A stretch of DNA of 64,000 nt from Takakia lepidozioides. Taxonomy: Eukaryota > Plantae > Bryophyta. The position numbers and the translations under genes are program-made. The notes beneath the pieces were generated by a model. It made no database searches. It was not told the DNA's origin and saw only the letters and a program-made list of their open reading frames with translations. Shown piece by piece: positions 26,230 through 37,917 of this stretch. Positions within the stretch are counted from its first letter, which is position 1, and the number at the start of each line of letters is the position of its first letter. The DNA lies in the NCBI GenBank assembly GCA_030704615.1, contig CM060734.1:25544001-25608000 (forward strand). Direction: 5' to 3'.

Positions 26230-27330
26230 TGTAGTGTTGAGCTTATACACAATCTGCTGTCCATTTCTTAATATGGATTTTGGTATGGCTCATAGATGTA
26301 GTGGCTTGTTGATGGGCCTCCCTAGTAAGGGTGGTAAGGAGGTTGCGGACTGGTTTAGGATCGGGAGGGTTGGGGATGGGATGTACCAGCCAGAACGGGT
26401 GGATATGTGCAGTGTGGATAGGGTCGTTGGTGGGGTCGACAAAGGGTTCAAGAGCGCAAGTTTGAGCGAGGAGGTCAGCCTCCTCGTTACCAGCGATGCT
26501 GGTGTGTGAGCGGACTAGCGGATGGGTTGGTCCAGGGATAGAGCAAGAGAGGCTATGGCGGAAATAAGGTTGCGATCCAGATGGTGATGTTGTGAAGAGG
26601 GACAAGAGAGGTGGTTACGAATAAGATAGAGTGATGTAAGACTATCCGTGAAGATATAGTGTGGGGGGGAAAATGAGGGGAGTTGGGAGAGAGCTTCATA
26701 GATGGCCATAAGCTCAGCACGGAGTATGGTGGCAGGTCCAGGGAGTCTGTAAGCCGTGCCCTAGTTTGAGGCAGCATGATACACGCCATAACCGGCGTTG
26801 GATCCTTGAGGGATCCATCAGTATAGTGCGAGTGAAGCAAAGGATATTTAAGGGGCATAAGTTGGTGAGATGGTGGGGGGGGGTGTCCGGTGTAGGTAGG
26901 GGGTTAGGGGAGGGGCGTAGTGGCGCTTTGGCCCAGGCTTTGCTCTTGTTGATTTTGGGATTTGGTCCGGTTGGTGTTTGGACTATGGAGTGGGGAGTAA
27001 GGAGTAGGGTGTAGGTCGGCGGTGATCGTGAGGCCGTGCGTACTTGTGAGTAGATGGCCCAGGCGGGCGCGTATCGTTTGGGATATGGGAGGAGAGGATG
27101 CATGCTGGACATGTAGGAGTAGGGTGAGGGTTGGTTCTGTACGTTGGAGATATTTAGAGAAAAGTGGGTTATAAGAGTATTTAAGTTGGTCTGGCTCAAT
27201 GGAAGCTAGGAGTGTGGTGTCAGGCGGAAGTTATAGTAAGGGGTGGGGGTTGTCCGGGGAGCGCTGGAGGTTAGTATGAGGATAGTAACAGAGTAGGTGA
27301 GGTATGGGCCGTGTGATTGTGGCCAATGAT
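26230..27330 (-). mobile_element. Decayed non-LTR-like retroelement fragment with RNase H (copy 1)
   Basis: HYTDGS, ELMAIYEAL, YIFTDSLTSL and VRSHTSIAGNEEADLLA across frameshifts; upstream region homologous to 37345-37560. Confidence 0.82.
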
Positions 27331-27682
27331 GATGAATTGCGAGCCATGACTGCTGAGTTCAAGGGTGACACCTCATAGCCCTCTAACCAGGACTTAAGGG
27401 ATTTGATTCGTCGGGAACTCATTACGTAGTAAGTTAACCATATGCTATGTATTTGTCTTGCAGGAATCTATCCTTCTCTCTCTTTCCCTTTGCTCCTTCG
27501 GTGGATGGAATGAGTTTCTTTCCTGCTGCGTGGAGTTCATTTGTTTTTTGCTTGACAACTAGTTGTGATCGTTCAGTCCCTTTCTCTATCTCATGTCAGA
27601 CATTTAGCATTGTTGATGTCTTGTTCTCATCTACGTCCGTTAGATACTTGTTTTTGTGTAGAGGATGATTTCACTTGAACAG

Positions 27683-27823
27683 GGTGGATACAATTGGGTA
27701 ATCAATCTGCCCCAAGAATCGTTGGCATATATGCTGGCAGATCAAGGATTTGATGTATGGATCGGCAACACGCGTTGCAATTTGTGGAGCCACGGCCACG
27801 TTTCCTATTCAACCAGCGACGCA
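27683..27823 (+). CDS. Single exon of a triacylglycerol (acid/gastric-type) lipase, LIP1-like
   Basis: GGYNWVINLPQESLAYMLADQGFDVWIGNTRCNLWSHGH; 141 nt, AG/GT-flanked. No other exons seen, so it may be a pseudo-exon. Confidence 0.85.
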
Positions 27824-28217
27824 GTACGTTCTGTTGCCACCTGCTTGATGTCTTCCTGATGTTTACAAGGTTCTTGGGAGAGTCAGCTTGGTCTTAGCAG
27901 GCCGCGTTTCAATCTCTGCCCGCTCAGCTGCACCGTGGTGGTTCTCACAGACCAATCCGACATTACCTAACTACAGACACAAGCAACACACACAAGAGGT
28001 CCTCTTGGGTTCATGGTCAGTCAAATCCTCCATGGGTTATGACACAAGGTCGAGGACAATGTGGTGAGAGAACCTTCTTCTTTGACCTATTTCAACCTAA
28101 TTTGCCCTCTCATCAGACTCAGCCCTGAATTTGCATATTGAAGTATGTAAGTTAGCTCGTTGGGTGGATCTATGGTGGTTTGGAGTGACTTTGATGTTAC
28201 TGCCGATGTGGTAGCAG

Positions 28218-29853
28218 GAAAGTATCCAAAAACATATAACTGAGATGAGGAGAAGCTTTGGAATGAACACTTTTCCGACCCCGTCAATGGTGGGACAATG
28301 GAGACAAAAAGGTGAATGCCTGTTGGACTACAGAGAGAAGCAGATGCAATTCAGAATTTTGCAAGTTAGCTGGTTGAGTGAACCTTTCATAGTTTGGATT
28401 GACTTTGATATGATACTGCCAATGCGACAACATGAAACTATCCAGAAACAGGTAACAGAGACGAAGAGCTGTGGAATGAATACTTTTTTGACCCCAGTCA
28501 ATGGTGGGACAATCGAGGCAAAAAGGTGAATGCCTGTTGGATTACAGAGAGTAACAGATGCAATTGAGCATATGAACTAGTGTGAGAAGTTGAGTTGGGT
28601 GTTTCCTAGAACAAATGAAGGCTGTCACTGTCAGCTGCTAGCAGCAAGGCAATGATGTATGCATGATTTGTGCAGAGGCAGTGATAGCTGAAGGAACCAA
28701 CCCCAATAAATCGTGGGACAATGGAGACAAAAAGGTGAATGCTCCTTTGATTTTTCTTTATCATTAGTTGTTGTTTTCCCTTGGAGCCTTGGCACTCAAT
28801 CTGGGTATATTGTTCAATCTACTGGTTATTGTAAGGTTTGTGTGGCTTCTTTATGCAGTATCTGCAACTGCCTTCTTTCCTTCTTTCTATATGTCCAAGC
28901 AGCAGCTTGGTGGCTGTCGGTCGGTCTTGGCAGGTCAGATATCTCTCGCTGTTTATTTGCTTGATAGGCTTGGCAGACTCCAGATCTGTCCATGGGTCAT
29001 GAACACAAGGTCAAGGACAATGTGGTAAGGGCACCTTCTTCTTCGATCTATCAGCCTGTTTTGCCCTCTCATCAGACTCGGCCCTGAGATGCATATTGAA
29101 TTCTGTAAGTTAGCTTGTTGGGTGGATCTGTGGTGGTTTGGGGTGACTTTGACAAGTAGGGTTGGGTTGTTTGCTGGAAGAACTTCATGCCGTCAGTGTC
29201 AGCTGCTAGTAGCAAGGCTGGGGATGTATTCATGATTGTACATAGGCAAGGATAGCTGAAGGACCAGGGATAGAGGTCCAGATTCATCCAAGAGGGTTGG
29301 ATTTCAAACAAGTTTAGGGTCTGATTCCCTGTGGATCAGTAGCTACAAGTGGGTACATGGTCAACTGGAAACAGTAGCGGCAATAGCACAATTGGTAGAA
29401 CAAGGCACTGCTAATGAAGGTACCTTCTTCAACACACCTCCCCCCTATTTTTCCCTGCTATCAGAGTTCGTCCCTACATTTTTATGTTGAATTCTGCAAG
29501 TTAGCTCGTTGGTGGATCTATGGTGGGAGAGTTAGCTTGGTCTTAGCAGGCCATGTTTCAATCTCTGCCTGTTTTGCCACAACAGCATCGGCACAATTGA
29601 TAAAATTAGGCACTGCTAATGAAGGCACCTTCTTCAACACATTTCACCCTGTTTTTCCCTCTTATCATAATTGGCCCTAAATTTTCATGTTGAATTCTGC
29701 AAGTTAGCTGGTTGAGTGAACCTTAAACTTCGACATGATACTACCAATGTGACAATAGGAAAGTATCCAGAAACAGGTACCAGAGACGAGGAGAAGCTGT
29801 GGAATGAATACTTTTCTGACCCCAATCAATGGTGGGACAATCGAGGCAAAAAG
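28218..29853 (+). pseudogene. Repeated exons encoding the first half of an OSB-type PDF motif
   Basis: DEEKLWNEYFSDPNQWWDNRGKK|GT at 29759-29853 (intact), 28218-28311, ~28434-28525 and partial ~28700-28734, within a mosaic of duplicated intron modules. Confidence 0.7.
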
Positions 29854-29994
29854 GTGAATGCCTGTTGGATTACAGAGAGTAGCAGACGCAATTCAGCATA
29901 GGAACTAGTGTGATAAGTTGAGTTGGGTGTTTCCTAGAACAAATCTAGGCTATCATTGTCAGCTGCTAGCAGCAAGGCAAGGTTGTATGCATGA

Positions 29995-30488
29995 CCCATG
30001 GTTGTGGGAAACCAATAGGCATCGTTTAGTGCTTGGTTAGAATAACAACATTGAATAAAGCTTTTCACATGATACTCTGGGTTTTCATGTGCTTCCCCGG
30101 AGAACCAAGGCAAATGCTTGGGTAGCGTTAGCGGGGGCAGGCCTGCCGGAACCACAATAGGTACCTCAGGAGGTCCTGGGATATGTGCCATGGTTGACAC
30201 TAACGACGGCGAAGGGCTCCTTGACCTTGCCGGTGGTGTATAAGGGGGACTAGATATAGGGGAAACCACTCGTGAACACTCGATGTCCGAAGAGCTTTCG
30301 GTGTTCTCTCCTTCCCACTCTATCTTATCCAAACTTCTAGTTTCTGAGTCTGAGTCTGGACTTCATGCCGGGTTCTTCCCTAGCAACTGATCTCGGACGG
30401 CTTCTCTAGCCAGTCTTCTTTGCAACCTAGTATCAAAAGATATGCTATCTAGGCTTGGGAGTGTGGCTCTTGATCCTGAGCTAGACAT
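29995..30488 (-). pseudogene. gag N-terminus of the family B element (truncated)
   Basis: ATG at 30488, in-frame stop at 30363; LPKHLPWFSGEAHENPEYHV is a typical retrotransposon gag start. Confidence 0.75.
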
Positions 30489-30547
30489 ACACTCATTGCT
30501 ATGTTGATGAGGATTCCCCTACTTCAGCCTGCACTAAAAGACCTATA

Positions 30548-31048
30548 TTACCTTTGAACAACCATGTCAAGAATAAACGAGGTCGGATTCAAATACCTTC
30601 CATGGAACCTTGGCGATGGAGGCACGTCAACGTGCAATCTATGGTTTATTAAGGGATACCCAATTGGCCAAGGTCCCTCACAATGCGAGCACTCAGATCG
30701 GAGTATCAGATGTTGGCTTGCAAAGAACTGGCAATACTCACAGTGGGTAAAGAAATCAACTTGCCACCTTAGGTGGGCTACGAATGATGACCTTGGGTGT
30801 AATGCTCCTAAGTAAATACCTGGACAGGGACAACCCGGAAATACAAATCTATCTGGGCACCAGTAGAAATTCTGAGTGGTGCCGTCGGGCAGAGTTCGGG
30901 TGTTCCAAACTCGTTTGTCGGTCCAACATTTCTTATGCACTTTCTTCTCACCCAAATATCGGATATATTCCTCGATCCTCTCCCGGGGAGACCGTGGTTT
31001 ATGGAAGAACCGATGTTGGATGCGTTCCACTTTTTCATCAAAGGACAT
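30548..31048 (-). CDS. Extra ORF B upstream of gag (Cys/His-rich, 166 aa)
   Basis: Intact ORF between the PBS and gag; paralogous to ORF A. Confidence 0.7.
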   Translation of the reverse strand: MSFDEKVERIQHRFFHKPRSPRERIEEYIRYLGEKKVHKKCWTDKRVWNTRTLPDGTTQNFYWCPDRFVFPGCPCPGIYLGALHPRSSFVAHLRWQVDFFTHCEYCQFFASQHLILRSECSHCEGPWPIGYPLINHRLHVDVPPSPRFHGRYLNPTSFILDMVVQR

Positions 31049-31211
31049 TCCGAATGGGGTTCGACCCTTGCTTAGCAGTGACCCACTTCTGCATTTGTGT
31101 TAGTCATGTCATAAACAAGCATAAGATATAGTGGTGCTGGTTGGTACAATGGTGCTCACCGCACATCACTACCATACTCCTCAGCAATCAAAGCAAATGA
31201 GGTCTGGACCC

Positions 31212-32158
31212 CTATAGTAGGAGTTCCTGGATCAACCATACAAGGTCTCTAATCCGACCCACTAGAACGGCTACTAGTGGCGGGCTCGTCCTCTCCCTCT
31301 TCCGAGGAAGTGTACTTAGTGGGTCCACTCGGGCACTCTCTACTGAGGAGGTGGCATGTACCACTCGGGGCGGTAAACGAGGCAAATATGCCAAAGGAAT
31401 CCATAGGCCAAAAGGGAAAGCTACTGGCTGAACTGGATCTGGTGGGATCGTCCTACGAACTGGAGCAGGTGATGCAACAAAAGAACTCTCTGCTCGGCGG
31501 TCACTAACTGTGTCTAGCAGCGACAGTGAACCAGATGAAATCAACTCACGAATAAGAGCTGCTGACGTGGTCCCTCGGTGATAATACCGGGGTGGTAAGA
31601 ATGGCCGGCAGAACCTCCTCGGATGTGGGAGACTCTCACTCTCGAACCCGTCCTCTCTTGGGCCGACTCCAATCAGCCAATCTACAAAGGCGGGGCGCTG
31701 ACCGCAGATAGCACGTCCTACACACTCTCTCAATGGGGCTGACCGCCTAGCGATCCTGCTGCGCGTGTACAACAGGGTGTTTGTGATGGTGCGACACAAC
31801 GCACAACAAGCCAAGTAGGCCACCTGCCACGCAAGATGGACCTCAAGGGCCGAATCCAAATGAATATAAGCAAGAAAAGGTGGCTGACAATAGCCCGGCC
31901 AACGGGTGTTGAACCGGAAAAACATAGAAATAGGAGCCGTCTGGCTCCGGGGCCTCGGGGTCCAACCCGGGCTAAGATCCGATACCCACGATACTCCTCT
32001 GCAATGGTCAAGATGCGTCGTCGCATTAACGTGCAAATCACTGTGGCCTCGGGGCCAGGTACGTTGCCAGTCCCGATGCTAGAAATGATGCGATAGAGTC
32101 CGATCACCCGGTACTCAAAGGAATGCTCCCGGTGAAGGAACTCCAATGGTGCGGCCAT
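31212..32158 (-). pseudogene. Extra ORF A upstream of gag (one probable frameshift near 31920)
   Basis: N-terminus in ORF 31730-32227 (MAAPLEF...), C-terminus in ORF 31212-32036; shares HLxWQV..CxxC with ORF B. Confidence 0.65.
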
Positions 32159-32376
32159 ACTGCCACTCAAAAGTCTCCATGAGGTTAACAACATGCACCC
32201 CAAAGTGATAAATGTGTCTAAAAGCACTTAAATATTCCCTTGGCCCTTTCCTGCCGGAGACAAAAGATACAGAACAATAAACGTTAGATAAAGTGAAAGA
32301 ACAAGATCCAGGAAGAGAATGATAGGCGTCCACTCTTCTTCCATCCAAGGTGCGGAGAGCCTGACTATTCACTTAT

Positions 32377-32394
32377 CTCCCGGCAGACGCACCA
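32377..32394 (-). promoter_or_regulatory. PBS, 18-nt complement of tRNA-Gly(TCC)
   Basis: TGGTGCGTCTGCCGGGAG, 6 nt after the LTR end. Confidence 0.9.
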
Positions 32395-32400
32395 TTTATA

Positions 32401-33935
32401 TGACGAGCCCTGGTCGCGTGTGGCCAGGGTGACGACATACTAGCCTAAGGGGATCGAGGTAAGTTGCGGTGTAGGTTGGGCTTGATGAACCGCCTACCCG
32501 GCTGCGGTTAGTGCAAGGGGTCCGTGGAATGTTACTGGGGGTGATCGATGATTTCTAATTTCTACCGGCAAAGCAGGGTTTAGCAACTCTACTTCACAGG
32601 GCAAGTTTGCGTTTTCTAAGTCCTACGGGATTTCTACGTTTTATCAAGTAACTGCCTTCCAAGTCTTAGAGCCGCTTCTCCCACTGCCCCTTCTTCCCCG
32701 AGTGCTTGAGTTCAAATCACCCTCGGGAAGGGACCAATCCTCTCTCCCCCGAAGTTCTCTCTTAACTTCAAGGGACAAGAATCACTAAGCAATGTCAAAC
32801 AGATAAGGTGAAAAGTTCAATAAGTTTCCAACTACACCTCTCAAGTGTTCCTATTCCAAAAAGTTCAAACAAGTGCGGCAATCCTAATTGAGGAATTTCC
32901 CTCCACCAAAATAACAGGAAATGATAAAAAATACAATATTCCAGAAAAATACGTCCCTAATAGAGGCTCATGCAGAGTCTCCAGAGGTGCCAAGACACGC
33001 CCACTGGGGAACCCCCTGGGAACTCAATGGAACCCCGGGAACGCCCGAGATCCGTTCCCCCTTCGCGGGGAATTGCCGCCTCTTCTGCGGATGAACAGAA
33101 GTCGTCGGGTCGGACTCCGCTGCACATTCGTTAGTTGCAAAACGGGCTGTCGCCCCTCCTAAGACATTCCAGGGGTGGGACCAACCCTAGTTTCAACCCC
33201 CCTATATTACCACCAGCACCTTTCCTTCATGGAAAGCGTCATCTTCTACCCTTGGCTCTGACACGTGGGGTCACTTTAGCCATAAAACACAGACATAGTA
33301 CTTTTGGTTTGCTCTTGTCTCTAGCTACTTCTCTCTCTAACTCTCGTTCCTAGAGCCTCCTCCGGCTCTCCCTGGGCTTATCTGATTGGCCTTCCCAGCG
33401 GCCTTCTCCTCTCCAAAGCATGCAATTTTCTCACCAATAGATCACCCAAACCAGCCCCTTTCCCTTGAGAGGGGTCAACAAAAAAAGAAATAGTTGAGGG
33501 TCCAGAATACCCCCCTTAAACAAATGCCATCCGCTGTAACCGCGGGTCAAAGAAGCCCCAGCGAGGGCCTTGCGGGCCGGATAATAGCGCTGTCGCTTCG
33601 GATAAATACGGAGACCGCCGGTCCACAGGCCGGAGCTTTACCCAGCGGTTCATAACTCAGATTTGGCACGTGGCTGTTTTCGCCCCCGCGTGCTGGCCAC
33701 GCAGCCCGTCCTTTTGTGCACGTACGACTAGGGTCAGCGCCCCGCCTTCTCAGCGCCGAGGCGTGGGGCCGCGGCTGCTCCGTTGGGTCCCTGGCTCCCG
33801 GGCGCACCAGTCGGGGCTTTCCCGCACTGCTGGCGACCCGTGGGCAGCTCCTACACTCCAAAAAACTAGGGCCCAAAAAAATACAAACCTCTCTCCCCCC
33901 TTCCTTGTATTCAAGGTCCCTTAGTGGGGTAGCTA
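32401..33935 (-). mobile_element. 5' LTR of the family B element (copy 2)
   Basis: Diverged homologue of 2768-4469; ends GGGCTCGTCA next to the PBS. The outer boundary is approximate. Confidence 0.8.
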
Positions 33936-34525
33936 GAGAAGGTTATCAGCTTCTGGTTAGAACTTCTCATAGCTGTATATTAACTCATCTTCATCAATAA
34001 TAGAAATAAACAAGTACCCAATGCTTCTTTCCACTTCCAATGGTGCCAAAGCCTTTTGGCAAATCATGTCCTGGGGTTTTCCCACATCAAATCTCGCATG
34101 GACGGGTGCTTTTATGTGCATAGGGTTGGAAAGTAGATCTGCCTCGCTGTCCAAGGCCAGGACCAAGTGAGCCGGTCACTTGGCAAAGGTGGTCAGCGGG
34201 TTGGTACAAGGGGTGCTGGCAGCTTCATATCACATTGTGTGTGTGTCACCCAGTAGTTTGGGGTTCAAATCCCACTACAAAGGATGATGTCTCTTTCCTA
34301 CGGGCCCATGGCCAATACAAAAAAGAGGTTAAAATTCTCTCTTCCTCAATTGTGAGCAGCCGCTGCCAAGGATTCTTTGATTTTGTTTGTTGTTTACTGT
34401 GATAATAAAATTGAAACACGCACCCTGAGAGTGAATGGAAAGTTTTCAATTTCAATCATCAAATCGGGTAGCCTCTAAAAGGTATGTATGCTCTGCAATT
34501 GCCATTTGCAATTGTTGAGCCTCAT

Positions 34526-35110
34526 CTAAAGGCGCACCACGCATAATTTGTTCTCATCATGGTGACCCCAAAGAACAATCCCTTCATCTATTTCATCTAC
34601 ACGATCTATAATTATGTTATGTAGCAAACAACAAGCTACAACTAAACTAGGAAGCTTGCGCAAATCTGGGCGTGCCATAGTATTCTTCAAAATACGCCAT
34701 ATTCCCTTCAAAAGCCCAAAGGAACGTTCAACTACCATGCGAGTAGATGAGTGCTTGTAGTTGAGGTGCCGGTACATACGTGGAAGAGTAATTCCAGACC
34801 AAGGAACAAGTAAATTGCGATCCCCTGTGTAACCTGCATCGCCGTAATGGCATTGCTCCAAGAATAAGCGCTTTTATGAACCTTTTGCAAATGTTCACTT
34901 ATGTGCAATCAGCAACCCCAAATAACTCCCCTATGGACGTATGCGTGTCACCCATTCCAAACCGCCGCAAAGCGATTGCAACCTGTTTGGGAACGGTAAG
35001 TAGCCATCCAATTATGGTGATTAAACCAGGTGGTGGATTCCTTGTCATCTCCACTGTGACCAATTCACAAATATAGTGAAAGGTAGGGATAGAAACCCGA
35101 AACATGGATG
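34526..35110 (-). pseudogene. PIF/Harbinger transposase remnant (ALP1-like), internally deleted
   Basis: FRVSIPTFHYICELV...VAIALRRFGMGD; GDAGY; VVERSFGLLKGIWRIL; ACCLLHNIIID. Confidence 0.88.
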
Positions 35111-36834
35111 GTCTTCCATATGCCATGGCCGGAAAAATAAAACCTAATCTTAATTGCCAACAATCAACAAGCACCCTGCATAATTCTCTCTTCTTTTCAA
35201 TGTCTCCAAATTCATCCCCTAATTTGTGCCTAAACCATAATACAAGTAATAAGTATGTATCTTTACCTATACCTCTACTAATTGATTGTAATGGCAGTAT
35301 CCTAATCTGTCTCAAAGATTAATCCTCATCATTATATCATGTAACACATAACTAAAAGAGAATCATAATAAGTGGGGTCAGAGTGTACTTACTTGTAGTA
35401 GCCAAATGACAAAAGCTGGTGGGTCCCGACTCTTGTGAAGACTTGCTGATACAGAGCACAAAGCTTGGCAGGAGCGCAGGCCAAGCGCACTATAGTTGTC
35501 AAAGTACTAGATCTGGTGGGTCCCGGCAAGTGTGAAGAGCAAGTAGTTCTACATGACCATGAAGAGAGCCTGGCATGAGCACCCTCTAGCAGGTCCGAGT
35601 ATGAAGAGATTGTGAGTGTGATGAGCCTGGCACAAGCAAAGAGTGTGGCGGTCCCGGCAAGCAATGTGCACAACCTTCACAGCAGGTAGATTAAGAGACA
35701 TGGTCACCTGCTACAACAAGTCAAAAGCGATTACCGATTATAGGCCATGAACTCTGCGCGTAATTCCCAGGTATTGCGCTTACCAATGTCGGTCACCGAT
35801 ATCTGGGCGCCGGCGAAAATTAACGCATGGAAGCATGTCGTCATTTTTGCCATCTAGTGCCAACTTGGCCGATTGCCGGGACATGGAAGTTGTCCCTACG
35901 GCCATGGAGCGGAGAGGAGAGGAGAGGCCCGCAGGTGAAAGGGGAGGGGCCGGGCCCGCCGTATCAACATCCGTGGAGCCGCTTAAGAACCGGGCAATTG
36001 GCCTTGATGTGGCAAGTGCCATGATAGGAGTGGCACATAATATTGAGGAGCTCTTCTTTAATCATCATCGTGATGAAGGAGTTGTCGCGTGTCAGAAGCT
36101 TGATGGAAGGTGGAATGATGCTCGCCTCGAGCATCATGATTACTACTCTAGGCACACCAATATCCTTAAACATGGGGAGCTCCTTTGCATGGACATCAGC
36201 GTCAAACAATGAATCAAAGACGTTCCTACATCCAAGAGAGAGAAGACTCCGGCTGAAGCCAGCGTACAACTAAGAGCCACTTCACCTTTTGGCTATTGCC
36301 CCCTTTCGGGGGTGGGCCCTATGAGAGAACATATGTACTGTAGGACACCAAGTAACCGGGGGTATAGAAATATTTACGGTAACATAGGGTCGTAGGATTG
36401 GACTGGTTAATCGGCGGAAGTCATACATGCCAGTCTTGGAAGACCCCCTCTCCTCACCCTGTCATGCCACATGTCATGTCCAGTCTTCTCCACGTATTGT
36501 CCTGGGATTAATCTGCGGAAGTCGTATATGCCAGTCGTGAAGACCCTCTCGCCTTCCCTGCATTGTCGTGACACGTGGCATATCCCTTCTATTCCACGTG
36601 AAGCTGACATGGATTAGCAGTCATGTATTGCGGTCTTATCTATGACTATGATTAGGCGTCCCCGTTGCCACGTCAACAGTGAGCACCACGATTGGCAGAT
36701 ACGATTCTATGGCGCTTACGACTCATTTGTCACAACTGACTGGGTGTATCTGACTGGGCAGTCATGCAGTCATAAAAGGATGATACGACTGGAAAATTGT
36801 TGACCTAAAAGCCAGGATTTGTTGTAGTGGGTTG

Positions 36835-37881
36835 ACAATGGCTATAATGAGGTTGCGGTCTGGGTGATGATGGTGGGAGCAGGGAGATGTGATTCCGGAT
36901 AAGAAAGAGTGAGGTAAGACTATATGTAAAGATGTAGTATGGAGGAGGAAATGCATCTATCAGGGAGAGTGCTTCGAAAATGGCCATAAGTTCAACACAT
37001 AATATGGTGGCAGGGCCAGGAAATATGAGGGCGGTGCCCCGGTTAGTGGAAGCGTGGTATACTCCGTAACTGGCATTAGATATGGTGAGGGAGCCGTCGG
37101 TATAGTGGGAGTTAGATGGGGGGTATCTGAGGGGGATAGCCTGTCGATATAAGAAGGGGATAGGGGGTGTGGATATTGCGGGATGGCCTGGGAGGGGCGC
37201 GACAACGCCCTTAACCATGCTTTGTTTGGTTTAATTAAGGGGGAATGATACTAGTGTATGGTTACAGGACGAGGTGGGTGAGCGGTGGCTGTTTGGGTGT
37301 AGGGTGGTAGCCTTCACTTTGTGCGTCATGGTTAATAGGTGGTTTCAGTGATTCAGGAAGGGTATTGATATATTGATGGGGGAGGAGTGTTGGACATGTA
37401 AAATTAGGGTTAGAGTGGGTTCCCTCTGGCGGAGGTATTTGGGGAGGGGTGGGATATGCACGTATTTAAGCTGGTTTGGTTTGATTGTGGCTAGTAAATT
37501 AACCCCTGTCGGGAGGCGTAGAAGAGGATGGGAGTCGTTAGGTGATTTTTGTTGTGTGAATATGAGTATTGTGAGGGCATAGGGGGAGGAGTGAGCGGCG
37601 AAGCGTGCCCATTGGAGAGCTTCATGAGCGGAGGTACCAGGGGGAGGGTGGGCAAGGCCTCTGCCAGCCCAGGTGTGCTGAGTGGCAGTACCTGTGGCTC
37701 CGAAGATGCAATCCATGTGGTGTGGGCTTGCAAATGTAGTTAATTCCATAGGGCATATAAGCGGGCTGGAGTAGTATGAATGAGTGAGTTGGAATGAGTT
37801 GATGAGTAGTGCAAGAATGTCCTGGGGTATAGTGTTATGAGAGCATGCCGTTGCCAGTCTATTGAGGGTACGTGGTTAGCT

Positions 37882-37917
<36 letters not shown>

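Noticed and set aside
32377-32394. tRNA-Gly gene
   Set aside because: Only the 3' 18 nt including CCA are present, next to an LTR, so it is a PBS.
35780-36273. Overlapping ORFs on both strands as a host gene
   Set aside because: No recognisable domain or consistent exon structure.
37882-37916. Poly-G tracts (also 39597-39620) as functional G-quadruplexes or poly-Pro coding
   Set aside because: Homopolymer lengths are unreliable and no evidence of function is visible.
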